Of a stretch of DNA of 63,909 nt, positions 19,157-28,460 are shown piece after piece. The stretch spans positions 1 through 63,909 of the IMG/VR virus record IMGVR_UViG_3300017700_000715; one strand, written 5' to 3'. The position numbers and the translations under genes are program-made. Origin of the DNA: a virus. Its lineage: Duplodnaviria; Caudoviricetes. The notes under the pieces were generated by a model that searched no databases, was not told the origin of the DNA, and saw only the letters and a program-made list of their open reading frames with translations. The number at the start of each line of letters is the position of its first letter. Position 1 is the stretch's first letter.

Positions 19157-20398
19157 GTGACCACAATTGATGAGCTCATTCAAGCCCAAGTGGTTCAGGC
19201 TGTTGCCGCAGTCACTTCTGGAATTGCAAAAGGTGATCCTGGGGATGAAGGTCCTCAGGGTCCAGCGGGAGATGGTCATTTTCCTGGATGGCTTTCTGAT
19301 GGTCAGTTTGACTCAGGCTGTGTAGATTTTTTGGCTCGTCGTTTGCAATTGCAACAGCGGTTGTTGCTTCTTCCTCGCCCAACAGGTCAAAAAGTTCCTG
19401 CTGATCAATCAATCTATCCGGGTGGTTATGGCAATCATTCCTATTGCGATGTGACAGCGATGGCGGACGGTGACTCGTTTCTCATCGTTCCATTCAATCG
19501 CAGCACGGGCTTTATCTACAGGGCATCCACCAGGCGTTTTACTCCCATTCCATCGATCGACGGGCCAGTTCCTTCTGGTCAGAGCAACGGTGTGTTGTTG
19601 CGCTCTAGTCGCATCCTGATGTGTCCTTACTCGCAGGATAGACTCCTAGCATACAACCCACTTACTGAGCAGATTGAGACCCTTAAGACAGGGCTCTCAG
19701 GCCTGAACAAGTGGAGCGGTATGGCTACAGCTAAAGGTGGCATTGCCTATGCCAGTCCACACCAAAGTAAGAGGATCGGAATTTACGACGAGAATGCTAT
19801 GGCGGGAAGCCAATGGCGTCTGTCAAACCAGGATCTTTCTATCGTAGATTACGCTTATGGCGGCGCACCAATCCCTCTGCCCGATGGAAAGCTGCTATTT
19901 ATTCCCTATAACGAGACTCGAGCAATGATCTTTGATCCTGTCTCGGGGATCGCGACACTTGGAGCCCCAGGTAAATTTCCGGGTAATGAGAGCTTCTGGA
20001 ATGGACGCCTACTAACCAGTATAAAAGTGCTGCTCTATCCTCACAAACACGATCGTCCAGTCATCTACGATTTTGTCTCAGACACAGTCACGCCGTTCCC
20101 TGGAGTCACCGGAACTCTGAACGTTTCTAACTTCAACGGCGGTGTTTGGTTGGCAGACTCTCGTGATGCTCTGATACCTTATCGTTCGGGCCGTTGCGTT
20201 ATCATCGACACGAACAATAATATGGTGCATTTTCCACCTGGCAGCTATGTCGATGGAGCATGTAAAGGTGGAGCATTGATGGCAGACGGCAACGCCTTAA
20301 TGGCACCGTTTAATGCTGATACTCCAATGTTCTTGATGACAGGAACAGGTGCAAGGCTTGATCCTGAATTGATCACCAGCCCACACATGAACCGATAG
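19157..20398 (+). CDS. Collagen-like linker plus repeat (beta-propeller-like) protein, possible receptor-binding protein
   Basis: KGDPGDEGPQGPAG; repeated L.DG.....PY/PFN units; GTG start inferred at 19157. Confidence 0.55.
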   Translation: MTTIDELIQAQVVQAVAAVTSGIAKGDPGDEGPQGPAGDGHFPGWLSDGQFDSGCVDFLARRLQLQQRLLLLPRPTGQKVPADQSIYPGGYGNHSYCDVTAMADGDSFLIVPFNRSTGFIYRASTRRFTPIPSIDGPVPSGQSNGVLLRSSRILMCPYSQDRLLAYNPLTEQIETLKTGLSGLNKWSGMATAKGGIAYASPHQSKRIGIYDENAMAGSQWRLSNQDLSIVDYAYGGAPIPLPDGKLLFIPYNETRAMIFDPVSGIATLGAPGKFPGNESFWNGRLLTSIKVLLYPHKHDRPVIYDFVSDTVTPFPGVTGTLNVSNFNGGVWLADSRDALIPYRSGRCVIIDTNNNMVHFPPGSYVDGACKGGALMADGNALMAPFNADTPMFLMTGTGARLDPELITSPHMNR

Positions 20399-20406
20399 GA
20401 TAGACG

Positions 20407-21144
20407 ATGAAGAAATCGATTGAGCAGATCCAGCAAGCTTTGCTTGATCGTAACTTTGATCCTCATGGTGTCGATGGTAAGATGGGCAAGAACACTGTCC
20501 AAGCCACCAAGGATTTTCAGCACTCCGTTGGTCTATATGTGGACGGAGTTGCTGGTCCTCTGACTCTTGAGGCCTTGTTCGCTGAGGAAGAACCTAAAGT
20601 TCAGGTAAATCCTGTGGGCAAGTCGTCTATTCCAAAAGCCTGGATGCCTAAAGCCGACATTGATCGTGTCATCATTCATTGGACGGCGGGATCTCATCAG
20701 GCTTCGAAAACTGACCGCGAACACTACCACATTTTATGGGAGTTTGACGGTACAGCAATTCGTGGCATTCCGACGATTGACAAGAATGACGCTGATGGAG
20801 CCAAGTCAGGTTACGCAGCTCATACTTTGAACTGCAACACAGGTTCTATTGGTGTTTCCATGTGTTGCATGGCTGGAGCCATCGAAAGCCCATTTAAAGT
20901 GGGTTCTGCGCCAATGACCAAAGAGCAGTGGGATGCTATGATCAGTGGAGTTGCTGATCTTTGCAAGCAATACGGTATTCCCGTAACTGATCGCACGGTT
21001 TTGACCCACGCAGAAGTTCAGGGAACATTGGGCATCAAGCAAAGAGGAAAGTGGGATATCACTCGTCTCGCATTCAATCCTTCTGTCGTCGGAGCTAAAG
21101 CTTGCGGCGATCTTCTGCGGCGTTCTGTTGCTGCTCTTCTCTGA
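20407..21144 (+). CDS. Endolysin: peptidoglycan-binding domain plus N-acetylmuramoyl-L-alanine amidase
   Basis: VDG.MG..T..A...FQ...GL.VDG.AGP.T; IIHWTAG, YH, AHT...NTGSIG, THAE motifs. Confidence 0.85.
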   Translation: MKKSIEQIQQALLDRNFDPHGVDGKMGKNTVQATKDFQHSVGLYVDGVAGPLTLEALFAEEEPKVQVNPVGKSSIPKAWMPKADIDRVIIHWTAGSHQASKTDREHYHILWEFDGTAIRGIPTIDKNDADGAKSGYAAHTLNCNTGSIGVSMCCMAGAIESPFKVGSAPMTKEQWDAMISGVADLCKQYGIPVTDRTVLTHAEVQGTLGIKQRGKWDITRLAFNPSVVGAKACGDLLRRSVAALL

Positions 21145-21156
21145 CAGGAAACAATC

Positions 21157-21564
21157 ATGCTGAAAAAAATCTCTATCATTTTCGCCTTGACTGCCGCTAC
21201 TCTGGTTGGTGGATGTCAGTACCAGTTGAGTCAGACTTCCGCCCAGGGATGGGGTCAGATTGCAGCTGGAGCTGGTCAGGTGATTGGCAAGACCAGCGCT
21301 GATCCAAAGATCCAGAAATCACTTGATCAGTTGTATGCCAAGTGTGACTCACTACGCCTGCTTGCAGCAGCTGGTGTGATGCTTGCTCCTGAGAAACAGC
21401 GCAAAGCCGCCCAGATTGCTTCTGCAGCAATTGACGGTGTTTGTCTCTCTCCGCCTTCTGAAGACTTGACTGCAGTTCAGGCTGCACTCACCACTGCAAT
21501 CAAAGCTTATGAAGCTGCGATTGCCGTCCAGAAAACAGTGCCAGCCTCTGGAGGATCTATCTAA
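21157..21564 (+). CDS. Lipoprotein in lysis cassette (spanin-like)
   Basis: Signal peptide with LVGGC lipobox; follows endolysin. Confidence 0.55.
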   Translation: MLKKISIIFALTAATLVGGCQYQLSQTSAQGWGQIAAGAGQVIGKTSADPKIQKSLDQLYAKCDSLRLLAAAGVMLAPEKQRKAAQIASAAIDGVCLSPPSEDLTAVQAALTTAIKAYEAAIAVQKTVPASGGSI

Positions 21565-21893
21565 TGACTTTGAATTCTCAGAACACTGATGGATCAGCTC
21601 CTCAGAATATCTTCGAGTCTCTCTGGAACAATGAGCAATTTAAGAGTGGATTGCGCACTGCTCTGCAGACTGTAGGCACCGCCGTAGCTGGAAAGGGTCT
21701 CATTGACGAGTCAATGATCCCCACGTTTGTTGGGGCAATCATGTGGCTTATTCCCACTGTTTGGGGTCTCTACGTCCGACGCAAAGATGGTCTTGTCGCA
21801 AGTGCTGCGGCTTTGCCTGAAGTGAAGAAGATTGAGACCACGCCCGATATGGCGGCTCGTATTCCTGATCCCACGGTTGTGGCGAAAAGTTGA
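21564..21893 (+). CDS. Putative holin
   Basis: Two hydrophobic segments; lysis cassette position. Confidence 0.5.
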   Translation: MTLNSQNTDGSAPQNIFESLWNNEQFKSGLRTALQTVGTAVAGKGLIDESMIPTFVGAIMWLIPTVWGLYVRRKDGLVASAAALPEVKKIETTPDMAARIPDPTVVAKS

Positions 21894-22321
21894 ACGTGTT
21901 AGTTTCGGCTCCTGCTGGACCGTACAGCTCCAATAGGCTGTTCGAGTGGATGATGGCATTTGGAATGCTGCTATTGTCCCTAACCTTCGCGCTCCCCGGT
22001 GATACTCTCAGCCGGGGAGACTATCGCATCATTTCATGGATGGGAGAAGAGTTTTTTGCCTGCTTATTTGGTATTGTCGGCACAATGCGTTGTGTAGCGT
22101 TATATGCAAACGGAAGACTGCCAGTTTATGGCCCACTGATGCGTTATGTGGGTTCCTTTGTAGGAGCTCTTTGCTGGATGAACCTTGCTCTACCTATAGC
22201 AGTTGGGAGTATCATCACAGGAAACGCGTCGCTTGTCGTGCCCATTTTCGGGGTACTTATTTTGGGAGAATTACTCTCCGTCTACAGGGCTGTAAAAGAT
22301 GGCGGCTATCGCAAACGCTGA
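21890..22321 (+). CDS. Four-TM membrane protein (holin/antiholin-like)
   Basis: Four hydrophobic helices; coupled to neighbouring genes. Confidence 0.5.
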   Translation: MNVLVSAPAGPYSSNRLFEWMMAFGMLLLSLTFALPGDTLSRGDYRIISWMGEEFFACLFGIVGTMRCVALYANGRLPVYGPLMRYVGSFVGALCWMNLALPIAVGSIITGNASLVVPIFGVLILGELLSVYRAVKDGGYRKR

Positions 22322-22688
22322 CATTCTAAACAATTATCCAGTTCTTCAGTTGGCGGCTGGAGCTCTCGTGGTTATTGTCGGTGTGTATATGACTCTTAAG
22401 GCCGCCGGAGACAACAAGAAGACAGGACATATAGCACCTCCAGGACACGATCCTCTTGGGCTGACTGTTCTGGCTAATGGCATGGTTGGAATGCTCGCTG
22501 GTATGGTAGAATTGCTTAGGAGCATTCTTGGAACCATGGGAGATATTCGTGTAGAGATTGCTGAGACAAACAGCAAACTTGACCAGCTTCGTGAAAGTCA
22601 TCATTCAGAAATGGATGTTTTGCGACGTGCTGTGGAAAATGGACCACAGAACAAACGACAAATTAGAGACAATTCGTCAGATAAGTAA
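22299..22688 (+). CDS. Membrane-anchored coiled-coil protein (lysis-associated)
   Basis: N-terminal TM segment plus C-terminal heptads. Confidence 0.45.
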   Translation: MAAIANADILNNYPVLQLAAGALVVIVGVYMTLKAAGDNKKTGHIAPPGHDPLGLTVLANGMVGMLAGMVELLRSILGTMGDIRVEIAETNSKLDQLRESHHSEMDVLRRAVENGPQNKRQIRDNSSDK

Positions 22689-22727
22689 TGGCCCGCCCTT
22701 CTTAATTGAGGGGCGGGCCATTTTTTT
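22687..22727 (+). terminator. Rho-independent terminator at the convergence of late and early arms
   Basis: aatggcccgcccttc/gaggggcgggccatt stem followed by a T7 run. Confidence 0.85.
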
Positions 22728-22730
22728 GTC

Positions 22731-23174
22731 TCAAAATTCTACATCGGGAGATTTAGACTTTGTTGGACTGTATCTGATACCATCAGGACCAATCCACTCA
22801 TGACCTAACAAGTTAGCGAAATATGTTCCAGGTTTTTCTGCCGCCTTCTCTGCGACAAGGGCTTCCAGCGCTTCGAGGCGGGAGGCGGCTTCGTGCAGGA
22901 GCGTTTTGGCAACCGGCGCTGTTTCCCATGTTGCGGCGGACGATCGCATAGCGCGACGCAGCCTCTTGACCATCTCCCCGCTCGTGCTCGCGACGGGCTT
23001 GGCGGCCTCGTAGGCGAGGATGGCGGCCCGTGTTGCTCCGCGCACTCTGCGGGCTGTCGCGGGGGAGGCGCCGGCCCACTGAATCATGCCGGCCATCCCG
23101 CTTGGGTCATCCCAGGATGACGAAACATCCCAAGCCTCTTTGCACGCCGCTTCCAGAGCCTTCTCGTCTATCAT
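22731..23174 (-). CDS. Hypothetical protein (GC-rich, prophage-type)
   Basis: ATG 23174 overlaps upstream stop (ATGA). Confidence 0.55.
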   Translation of the reverse strand: MIDEKALEAACKEAWDVSSSWDDPSGMAGMIQWAGASPATARRVRGATRAAILAYEAAKPVASTSGEMVKRLRRAMRSSAATWETAPVAKTLLHEAASRLEALEALVAEKAAEKPGTYFANLLGHEWIGPDGIRYSPTKSKSPDVEF

Positions 23175-23848
23175 GGCTGATGGCCTTTTGATGTGGCATC
23201 CGCGAGCACGAGAGCGGCATGGGCTTTGCCATTCAGCGACGCCGTAACCACACTGCACCAGATATCGGCGTCGCGGCGCTGCGACCATGTTCCGTTCCAG
23301 AAGGTGCCGTCCTCGTCATCTCGATAGAAATTGAACAGTACCCCGCGATGGATCTGGCTCTCGTGGGGCATCTCGCCAATGGGCTTCCAGTCCTCGTAAC
23401 GGCTCTCCAACTCCTCAACCCGCCGCTCCGCCTTCTCGCGCGCCTCTGTCTTTGAGGTGAGCTTGGCGGTGGTGGCGCGTTTGACGAACCACGTCACAAT
23501 ACGGTTGAGCGAATTGAAGTTAATCGTACCTACGATCTGATGACCCGGGTAAAATTCAGGGTCGAAAGGATACGGCTGCAACTCGCCAAACTGCGCCGCC
23601 TTGACCGCTGCCCCGAGATCAGCGAACGGCATCTCTCCGTAGGCAGGGAACGCCACCGCCTCGACCTCATCGCCTACGAGGGGATTTGGGACGGGATCAG
23701 TCGCGGGGCAGACAGGCGCTGCGGCGAGCATGGCGGCATAGTGCTCCTTCTCGTCGTTCCGGTCGTGCCATGTGGACCTCACACCTGCTTGAAGCATCTC
23801 AAGAGTGGGATTGACCGGCACGAGCTTCCATCCGTCAGGTCCGATCAT
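23171..23848 (-). CDS. Hypothetical protein (ead/Ea22-like mosaic)
   Basis: PDGWKLVPV.PT.EM..AG...Y.AMLAAAP module common in temperate phages. Confidence 0.6.
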   Translation of the reverse strand: MIGPDGWKLVPVNPTLEMLQAGVRSTWHDRNDEKEHYAAMLAAAPVCPATDPVPNPLVGDEVEAVAFPAYGEMPFADLGAAVKAAQFGELQPYPFDPEFYPGHQIVGTINFNSLNRIVTWFVKRATTAKLTSKTEAREKAERRVEELESRYEDWKPIGEMPHESQIHRGVLFNFYRDDEDGTFWNGTWSQRRDADIWCSVVTASLNGKAHAALVLADATSKGHQP

Positions 23849-24165
23849 CGGCTCGCCTCATTGGTTTTGTGGGTATCGGGGAGGAGGGGGCGGGGTTCGA
23901 GGGCGGCGCGAGCGCGGATACTGGCTTCGATCTCGGGGCGGACAAAAGGCCGAGCCAGATCGCGTGCGCGGATGACAGCTTCACGTTGCCATGCCCGGTC
24001 ATCAGGGCCGCCGTCTGCGCGACCAGAAAGTGTATCGTTGCAATAGGTGTAGACGCTGTCCAGCGCCCCCTCCAACTCAGCAACCCGCGCCCGCAGCGCC
24101 TCGACCTCGCTAGGTTCTGGCATGTCGGCTCGCGGATGCGCGCCATAATTCCCTTCATCAGGCAT
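23845..24165 (-). CDS. Hypothetical protein
   Basis: GGAGGA RBS; EALRARVAELE coiled coil; ATGA coupling. Confidence 0.55.
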   Translation of the reverse strand: MPDEGNYGAHPRADMPEPSEVEALRARVAELEGALDSVYTYCNDTLSGRADGGPDDRAWQREAVIRARDLARPFVRPEIEASIRARAALEPRPLLPDTHKTNEASR

Positions 24166-24256
24166 CAGACGATCCTCCAATCCTTGAGTCCCAGACTGTC
24201 ATGATAGCGGACAGAACCGCTAAAACTATTATAGTTCCAGACATGAAACTCTCCTG

Positions 24257-25762
24257 TTAAAACCAGCTTCTCACTGGACGACTCATAATCAAATCAGACA
24301 TGCTCTTCTTATTCCTGAGCACTTCCATGATGCGCTCATCCACAGTGTCAGGAGTCACTAGGTCGATATACGTCACTGGCTTGGTCTGTCCAATACGGTG
24401 TGCCCTATCTTCAGACTGCAACCTATGTTCCAAGTTGTAGCCATTAGAGTAGTAAATCACCAAATTGGCTTCAGTCCATGTGTTGCCATATCCTCCTGAT
24501 TGAGGATTAGCTACCATAAACCGCGACTGGTTCTCTTGTAAACAAGTTTCTTTGCCAATGACCTGATGATTTGCATCAAGAATGGGTCTCCAGCCTTTGA
24601 ACCTAAAGACACCATCATCCTTCTCAGCTGTTGATGCTCCTCCATGATATTCGGACACTGAGCCATGACCAAATTTGTCCCGGAGTATTTTGGCGACGTC
24701 TTTGAGAGTCTGGCGATATGTCGCCCAGATGATTACCTTACCTTCATAGTCTTCGAGAATATCTAGCAAGGTTGAAAGTCGCTCATTCTCAATTGAAGCG
24801 TATTGATCATCACCAATCTTAAGCTGTCCACAGACAATTTGATGCAGTTTAGTGATTTGAGACAACACATTGATGACTTCAATCTCTTTGCCTTCCAGCT
24901 CAAGAATAGCTTCATTCTTCAACTGAGTATATAAAGCTTCCTGTTTAGGTGTGAGAGGCACAACTCTCTGAGTGTAGATCTTTGGTGGAAGATCTAGACA
25001 TTGATCCTTAAGCAGTTGATGTGAGAAGGTCTTAACCTTCTGGGCCAGGTCTTCTAGGTTCCTGTAGCCCACCACCCTCTGAAAACTCCTGGATCCCAAG
25101 TATTCGATCTCTACAACACAATAATTATTACGGAAGGCAAAGTAACTACTAAAACCAAGCAATCCTTTGCCAAGCACCATTGACTGTCCCCACAAGTCCA
25201 TAGGCGCCTGGGTTACAGCCGTACCAGTCATGATCCGCTTGTAGGCGCTCTTGAAAGCCCAGACATAAGCTTCTTTGCTTCGTTTGGAGTCGTAGTGCTT
25301 TACACAGGTTGACTCGTCAACAATAAGCATCACACGCTTGTGTGCTTTATAAAACTGCTCTAGGACTTTGCTTCCACCAAAAGCCAATGACTCGATGTTA
25401 ACGACCAGAATGGGCAATCTATCGCGGCCAGTTCTAGTTAGAGATTTCATTGCATTCTTGAAAGCAACACTGCTTGCCTTCAAAGATGAAAAGAGCACTG
25501 TCTCTCGCTTGATGCGATCAGGTAGATGTGCTGGGATCTCATATCGAGTCCAGTTGGCATACTCACCTTTCTTGGCGGTAATTACAACTGCGTCAATCAT
25601 ATCATTCTCAAATAGATACCCAAAGGTATTGATAGCGATCCATGACTTGCCGAGACCCATCTCAATGAAATAAGCCCAAGCCTTTTTGTCCTTGGTTTCT
25701 TCAAAGACTTTGAGTTGGTTTTCATAGAAAGGTTGAGTCTTAAACTCGTACTTCTCAGTCAT
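24257..25762 (-). CDS. SNF2-like superfamily 2 helicase
   Basis: EMGLGKS, IVDES, MTGT, GGYGNT, QSEDRAHRIGQ. Confidence 0.9.
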   Translation of the reverse strand: MTEKYEFKTQPFYENQLKVFEETKDKKAWAYFIEMGLGKSWIAINTFGYLFENDMIDAVVITAKKGEYANWTRYEIPAHLPDRIKRETVLFSSLKASSVAFKNAMKSLTRTGRDRLPILVVNIESLAFGGSKVLEQFYKAHKRVMLIVDESTCVKHYDSKRSKEAYVWAFKSAYKRIMTGTAVTQAPMDLWGQSMVLGKGLLGFSSYFAFRNNYCVVEIEYLGSRSFQRVVGYRNLEDLAQKVKTFSHQLLKDQCLDLPPKIYTQRVVPLTPKQEALYTQLKNEAILELEGKEIEVINVLSQITKLHQIVCGQLKIGDDQYASIENERLSTLLDILEDYEGKVIIWATYRQTLKDVAKILRDKFGHGSVSEYHGGASTAEKDDGVFRFKGWRPILDANHQVIGKETCLQENQSRFMVANPQSGGYGNTWTEANLVIYYSNGYNLEHRLQSEDRAHRIGQTKPVTYIDLVTPDTVDERIMEVLRNKKSMSDLIMSRPVRSWF

Positions 25763-25853
25763 TTCGTGGATCCTGTGTAATCGGTGGATATCTACCGGTA
25801 TACCTTATATAGACAAGTCAATCCGGATTATCCGTTAAATTCTACATCTGACT

Positions 25854-25893
25854 CAAAAGAATAAGCCGACGGACACTTTTGCATCCGTCGGCT
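25854..25893 (-). terminator. Probable terminator after the ssDNA-binding-like gene
   Basis: agccgacgga/tccgtcggct stem then tattctttt on - strand. Confidence 0.6.
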
Positions 25894-25922
25894 CACAAGT
25901 CTACTCGATATTGAGCCGTCTA

Positions 25923-26744
25923 CTAGAACGGAATGTTATCATCCATTCCATCGCCACCACCAGACGCAACACCAACATCACCAGTGGTCGGTTCCGCGGA
26001 ACGCTTGACATCACCCGCTTCGATCAACTGATGGAACATCTTGGCCTGATCATAGACAGCCTTGTTGACGATGTCTCCCTTTTCGATGGACAACTGCCAC
26101 CAAGAATTGTTGGCCTTCTGCTCAAGCACCGTCCGAAGACGATAGGCATAAAGCCAACGAGGAGCGATCATCTCGGTCCCCGGAATACGGGTCGTGAGAA
26201 GCTCGTTGTTCCACCGACGATTGACCTTGAGGCCTGTCGACTTCAGAGTCGTAACGCACTGACCCCAGGCGTTAGTCTCCGGATCCTTGTAAAGACCGTA
26301 GTGGTAGGCAGTCTCAATCAACAGATTGCCATTGGGAAGGATAGGCTGCTTGCGATCGTTGGGCTTGGCCTGCTGACGAATGTCCGAGTCAATCGGATAT
26401 TCTGCAACCCAGCCACCGCCCTTGTCTCGATCAACCCACTCCACAAGCTTACGCTCATAGGCACAGTTGACAAAGATGATCCCTTCCTTGCGCGCCTCAA
26501 AGGTTTCAAGAGAGACGTTGTTGAAGAACATAGAGGCCTGAGCACCCTCGATATACTGAGGAGCACCAGGGTTAACCTGAGGCGAGAGCCCCTGGAGAAT
26601 GGCAATATACGGAAGAGCAACGTCTCCCGAGTCCATCTGAGAAACGCCCGCTCCAGCGTCCCTTTGTAGATCGGCAAGGTTCATTCCCTCAGGAAGCACA
26701 AGAGCCTTGGTCTCTGTCTTCGTAACTTCAGTCTTCGCAGCCAT
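25923..26744 (-). CDS. Putative phage ssDNA-binding/annealing protein
   Basis: LP.I.ILQ.LSPQV pattern; acidic DDNIPF tail; replication context. Confidence 0.55.
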   Translation of the reverse strand: MAAKTEVTKTETKALVLPEGMNLADLQRDAGAGVSQMDSGDVALPYIAILQGLSPQVNPGAPQYIEGAQASMFFNNVSLETFEARKEGIIFVNCAYERKLVEWVDRDKGGGWVAEYPIDSDIRQQAKPNDRKQPILPNGNLLIETAYHYGLYKDPETNAWGQCVTTLKSTGLKVNRRWNNELLTTRIPGTEMIAPRWLYAYRLRTVLEQKANNSWWQLSIEKGDIVNKAVYDQAKMFHQLIEAGDVKRSAEPTTGDVGVASGGGDGMDDNIPF

Positions 26745-26806
26745 TGGTATTCTCCATGATTAAACGCTGATTGTTTGTGGTTAGCGTCACACCACCTTCG
26801 TCGAGA

Positions 26807-27385
26807 TCAGGCTTTCTTCTTCACCTTTGGAAGGGTGATCTTAGCCTTTTCTCCAACAAATACCGTGAATAGATCAGGAAGCGCTGTGCCAGACTCAATC
26901 TGTTCCTTGGCCCAGGCTTTCAGTGTAGAATGATGCACGGACTCTTCAAGGGAGACATCAAAGCCTTCTTCCTTGAGACTGTCCATAAGATCTTTGGCGT
27001 CTTTACGAGCTTCTTCACCCTTGCCAAATGGGACCGTGACATCTGTCTTGATGAGTGGCCCATGGCCATTGTCTTCGAGCCACTTGTAAGCCAGCGGGCG
27101 GTTCTCAACTTTGATCGAAGCGCCATAGAACTTCTCAACCGAGATTGAGGCGCCATCTTCCAGCTTGAAGCTACGCATACCAAGCTCAAGCATGGCATTG
27201 GGAAGATCAACTTCAGAAATCTGACGAAATTTGGCGTTTAGCTCTTTAAGAGCTTCTTCGGCCTCTTCAATCTGACCAGCTAACGAGAGTTGTCGCAAAG
27301 CCAAATTAGAGATAGACATCAGTGAAGCGTCATCAGTCTTGATGTTCGCTGAGTCGGCAAGGGCTGCTTGGAGAACGTCGTCCAT
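26807..27385 (-). CDS. Conserved replication-module hypothetical protein
   Basis: LP.AM.E.G...F.LEDG, WL.DNG.G.LIK, VH..TLKAW motifs. Confidence 0.6.
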   Translation of the reverse strand: MDDVLQAALADSANIKTDDASLMSISNLALRQLSLAGQIEEAEEALKELNAKFRQISEVDLPNAMLELGMRSFKLEDGASISVEKFYGASIKVENRPLAYKWLEDNGHGPLIKTDVTVPFGKGEEARKDAKDLMDSLKEEGFDVSLEESVHHSTLKAWAKEQIESGTALPDLFTVFVGEKAKITLPKVKKKA

Positions 27386-27400
27386 GTCTATCCTCTCTGG

Positions 27401-27706
27401 TTAATTGACTCGTATCTTGATGGGTAGATAAACACGTTCGCGCCTCATCCACTTAAGGAGTTGCAGGTGTCCACCAAGATATTCTGAAACGATAGATGTG
27501 GCTAGACCGATGGCCACAGGATCTCCAGTTAATAGGAGATAATCTTCGAGTGCTATGTTACCAAGGTCTTCTCGGAGTTTGTCTACAGTAAACTCATACG
27601 AGAAATTAGTATCACCTGGTGGTAAAAGGGTGACAATATCACCAAACGACATGGCCGGAGCCAAGTCATGATTGGGCTGTTCTTGAATGACGTAGACTTT
27701 AGGCAC
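27401..27706 (-). CDS. Small Rossmann-like (CARF/SAVED-like) protein
   Basis: KVYVIQ...DYLLLTGDPVAIGLA...LLKW....Y.P; GAGGAG RBS. Confidence 0.5.
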   Translation of the reverse strand: MPKVYVIQEQPNHDLAPAMSFGDIVTLLPPGDTNFSYEFTVDKLREDLGNIALEDYLLLTGDPVAIGLATSIVSEYLGGHLQLLKWMRRERVYLPIKIRVN

Positions 27707-27730
27707 TTAAAAGTCTCCTCTCTGATATTC

Positions 27731-27759
27731 AATATAGACACATAGATCAAAACAGTACA
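27731..27759 (-). promoter_or_regulatory. Sigma70-like promoter
   Basis: TGTACT-N17-TATATT. Confidence 0.65.
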
Positions 27760-27783
27760 TTAGAGAATTAGCCAATGCTTGAT

Positions 27784-28203
27784 CTATTGTTCGCTAAGTA
27801 TTGCATTATAGATATCAGTCCATTCGTGATTTGCAAGGTTGTTAATGGCGCGGGGCTTAATAGATGTGACATCAACAACTATCCAATCCTTGTACATATG
27901 TCTTTGACTTTCTAGCAAGGTTTGGACATTGTAAAGCATCACCACATTAATGTCAAGCGCAAGAACCCATAAATTCTTGTACTCAGCATGTCGAGCTCTC
28001 TTCTTAAGCCAAGCCAACTGAAATGTCTCAAACTTCATTTCAGCTTTGCGAATAACCTTAGTCTCTATCCAGCCCTGCTTTCCCTTGATAGCATAAGAGA
28101 TATCAGGGGTCCCTGACTCGGTTGTATTCTCTACTCGTGAGTGATCACCCCAGAGTAGAAGTTTCTTCCTGACATGATTGCGATAGAATTCGGTTTCGTT
28201 CAT
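27784..28203 (-). CDS. PD-(D/E)xK nuclease (VRR-NUC/Holliday junction resolvase-like)
   Basis: RVEN....GTPDI......GWIETK...Q.AWL. Confidence 0.8.
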   Translation of the reverse strand: MNETEFYRNHVRKKLLLWGDHSRVENTTESGTPDISYAIKGKQGWIETKVIRKAEMKFETFQLAWLKKRARHAEYKNLWVLALDINVVMLYNVQTLLESQRHMYKDWIVVDVTSIKPRAINNLANHEWTDIYNAILSEQ

Positions 28204-28460
28204 TAGAATAGACTCAGTTGAACAGGTTTCTGGGGCTTTACTTTGGCTGCAACTTTAGTCTTTACTTCACGCTCACGCCCAATGCCTAGGTATTCACGTT
28301 CCTGTCGGCATTTTCGCAAGTAATCTTCCATCTTGCCTTCTTTTACAGCGACACACATTTCATGACAACCTTGCCCTATTCTTCCATCTTTATAATAAAT
28401 GTAGAAGAATTCAGCTCCGTTGGCTTTAACTATCTGTGCGTCAGAATAGACCTGTGACAT
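28203..28460 (-). CDS. Hypothetical protein ending in a clamp-binding motif
   Basis: C-terminus KPVQLSLF; start inferred at ATG 28460. Confidence 0.6.
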   Translation of the reverse strand: MSQVYSDAQIVKANGAEFFYIYYKDGRIGQGCHEMCVAVKEGKMEDYLRKCRQEREYLGIGREREVKTKVAAKVKPQKPVQLSLF

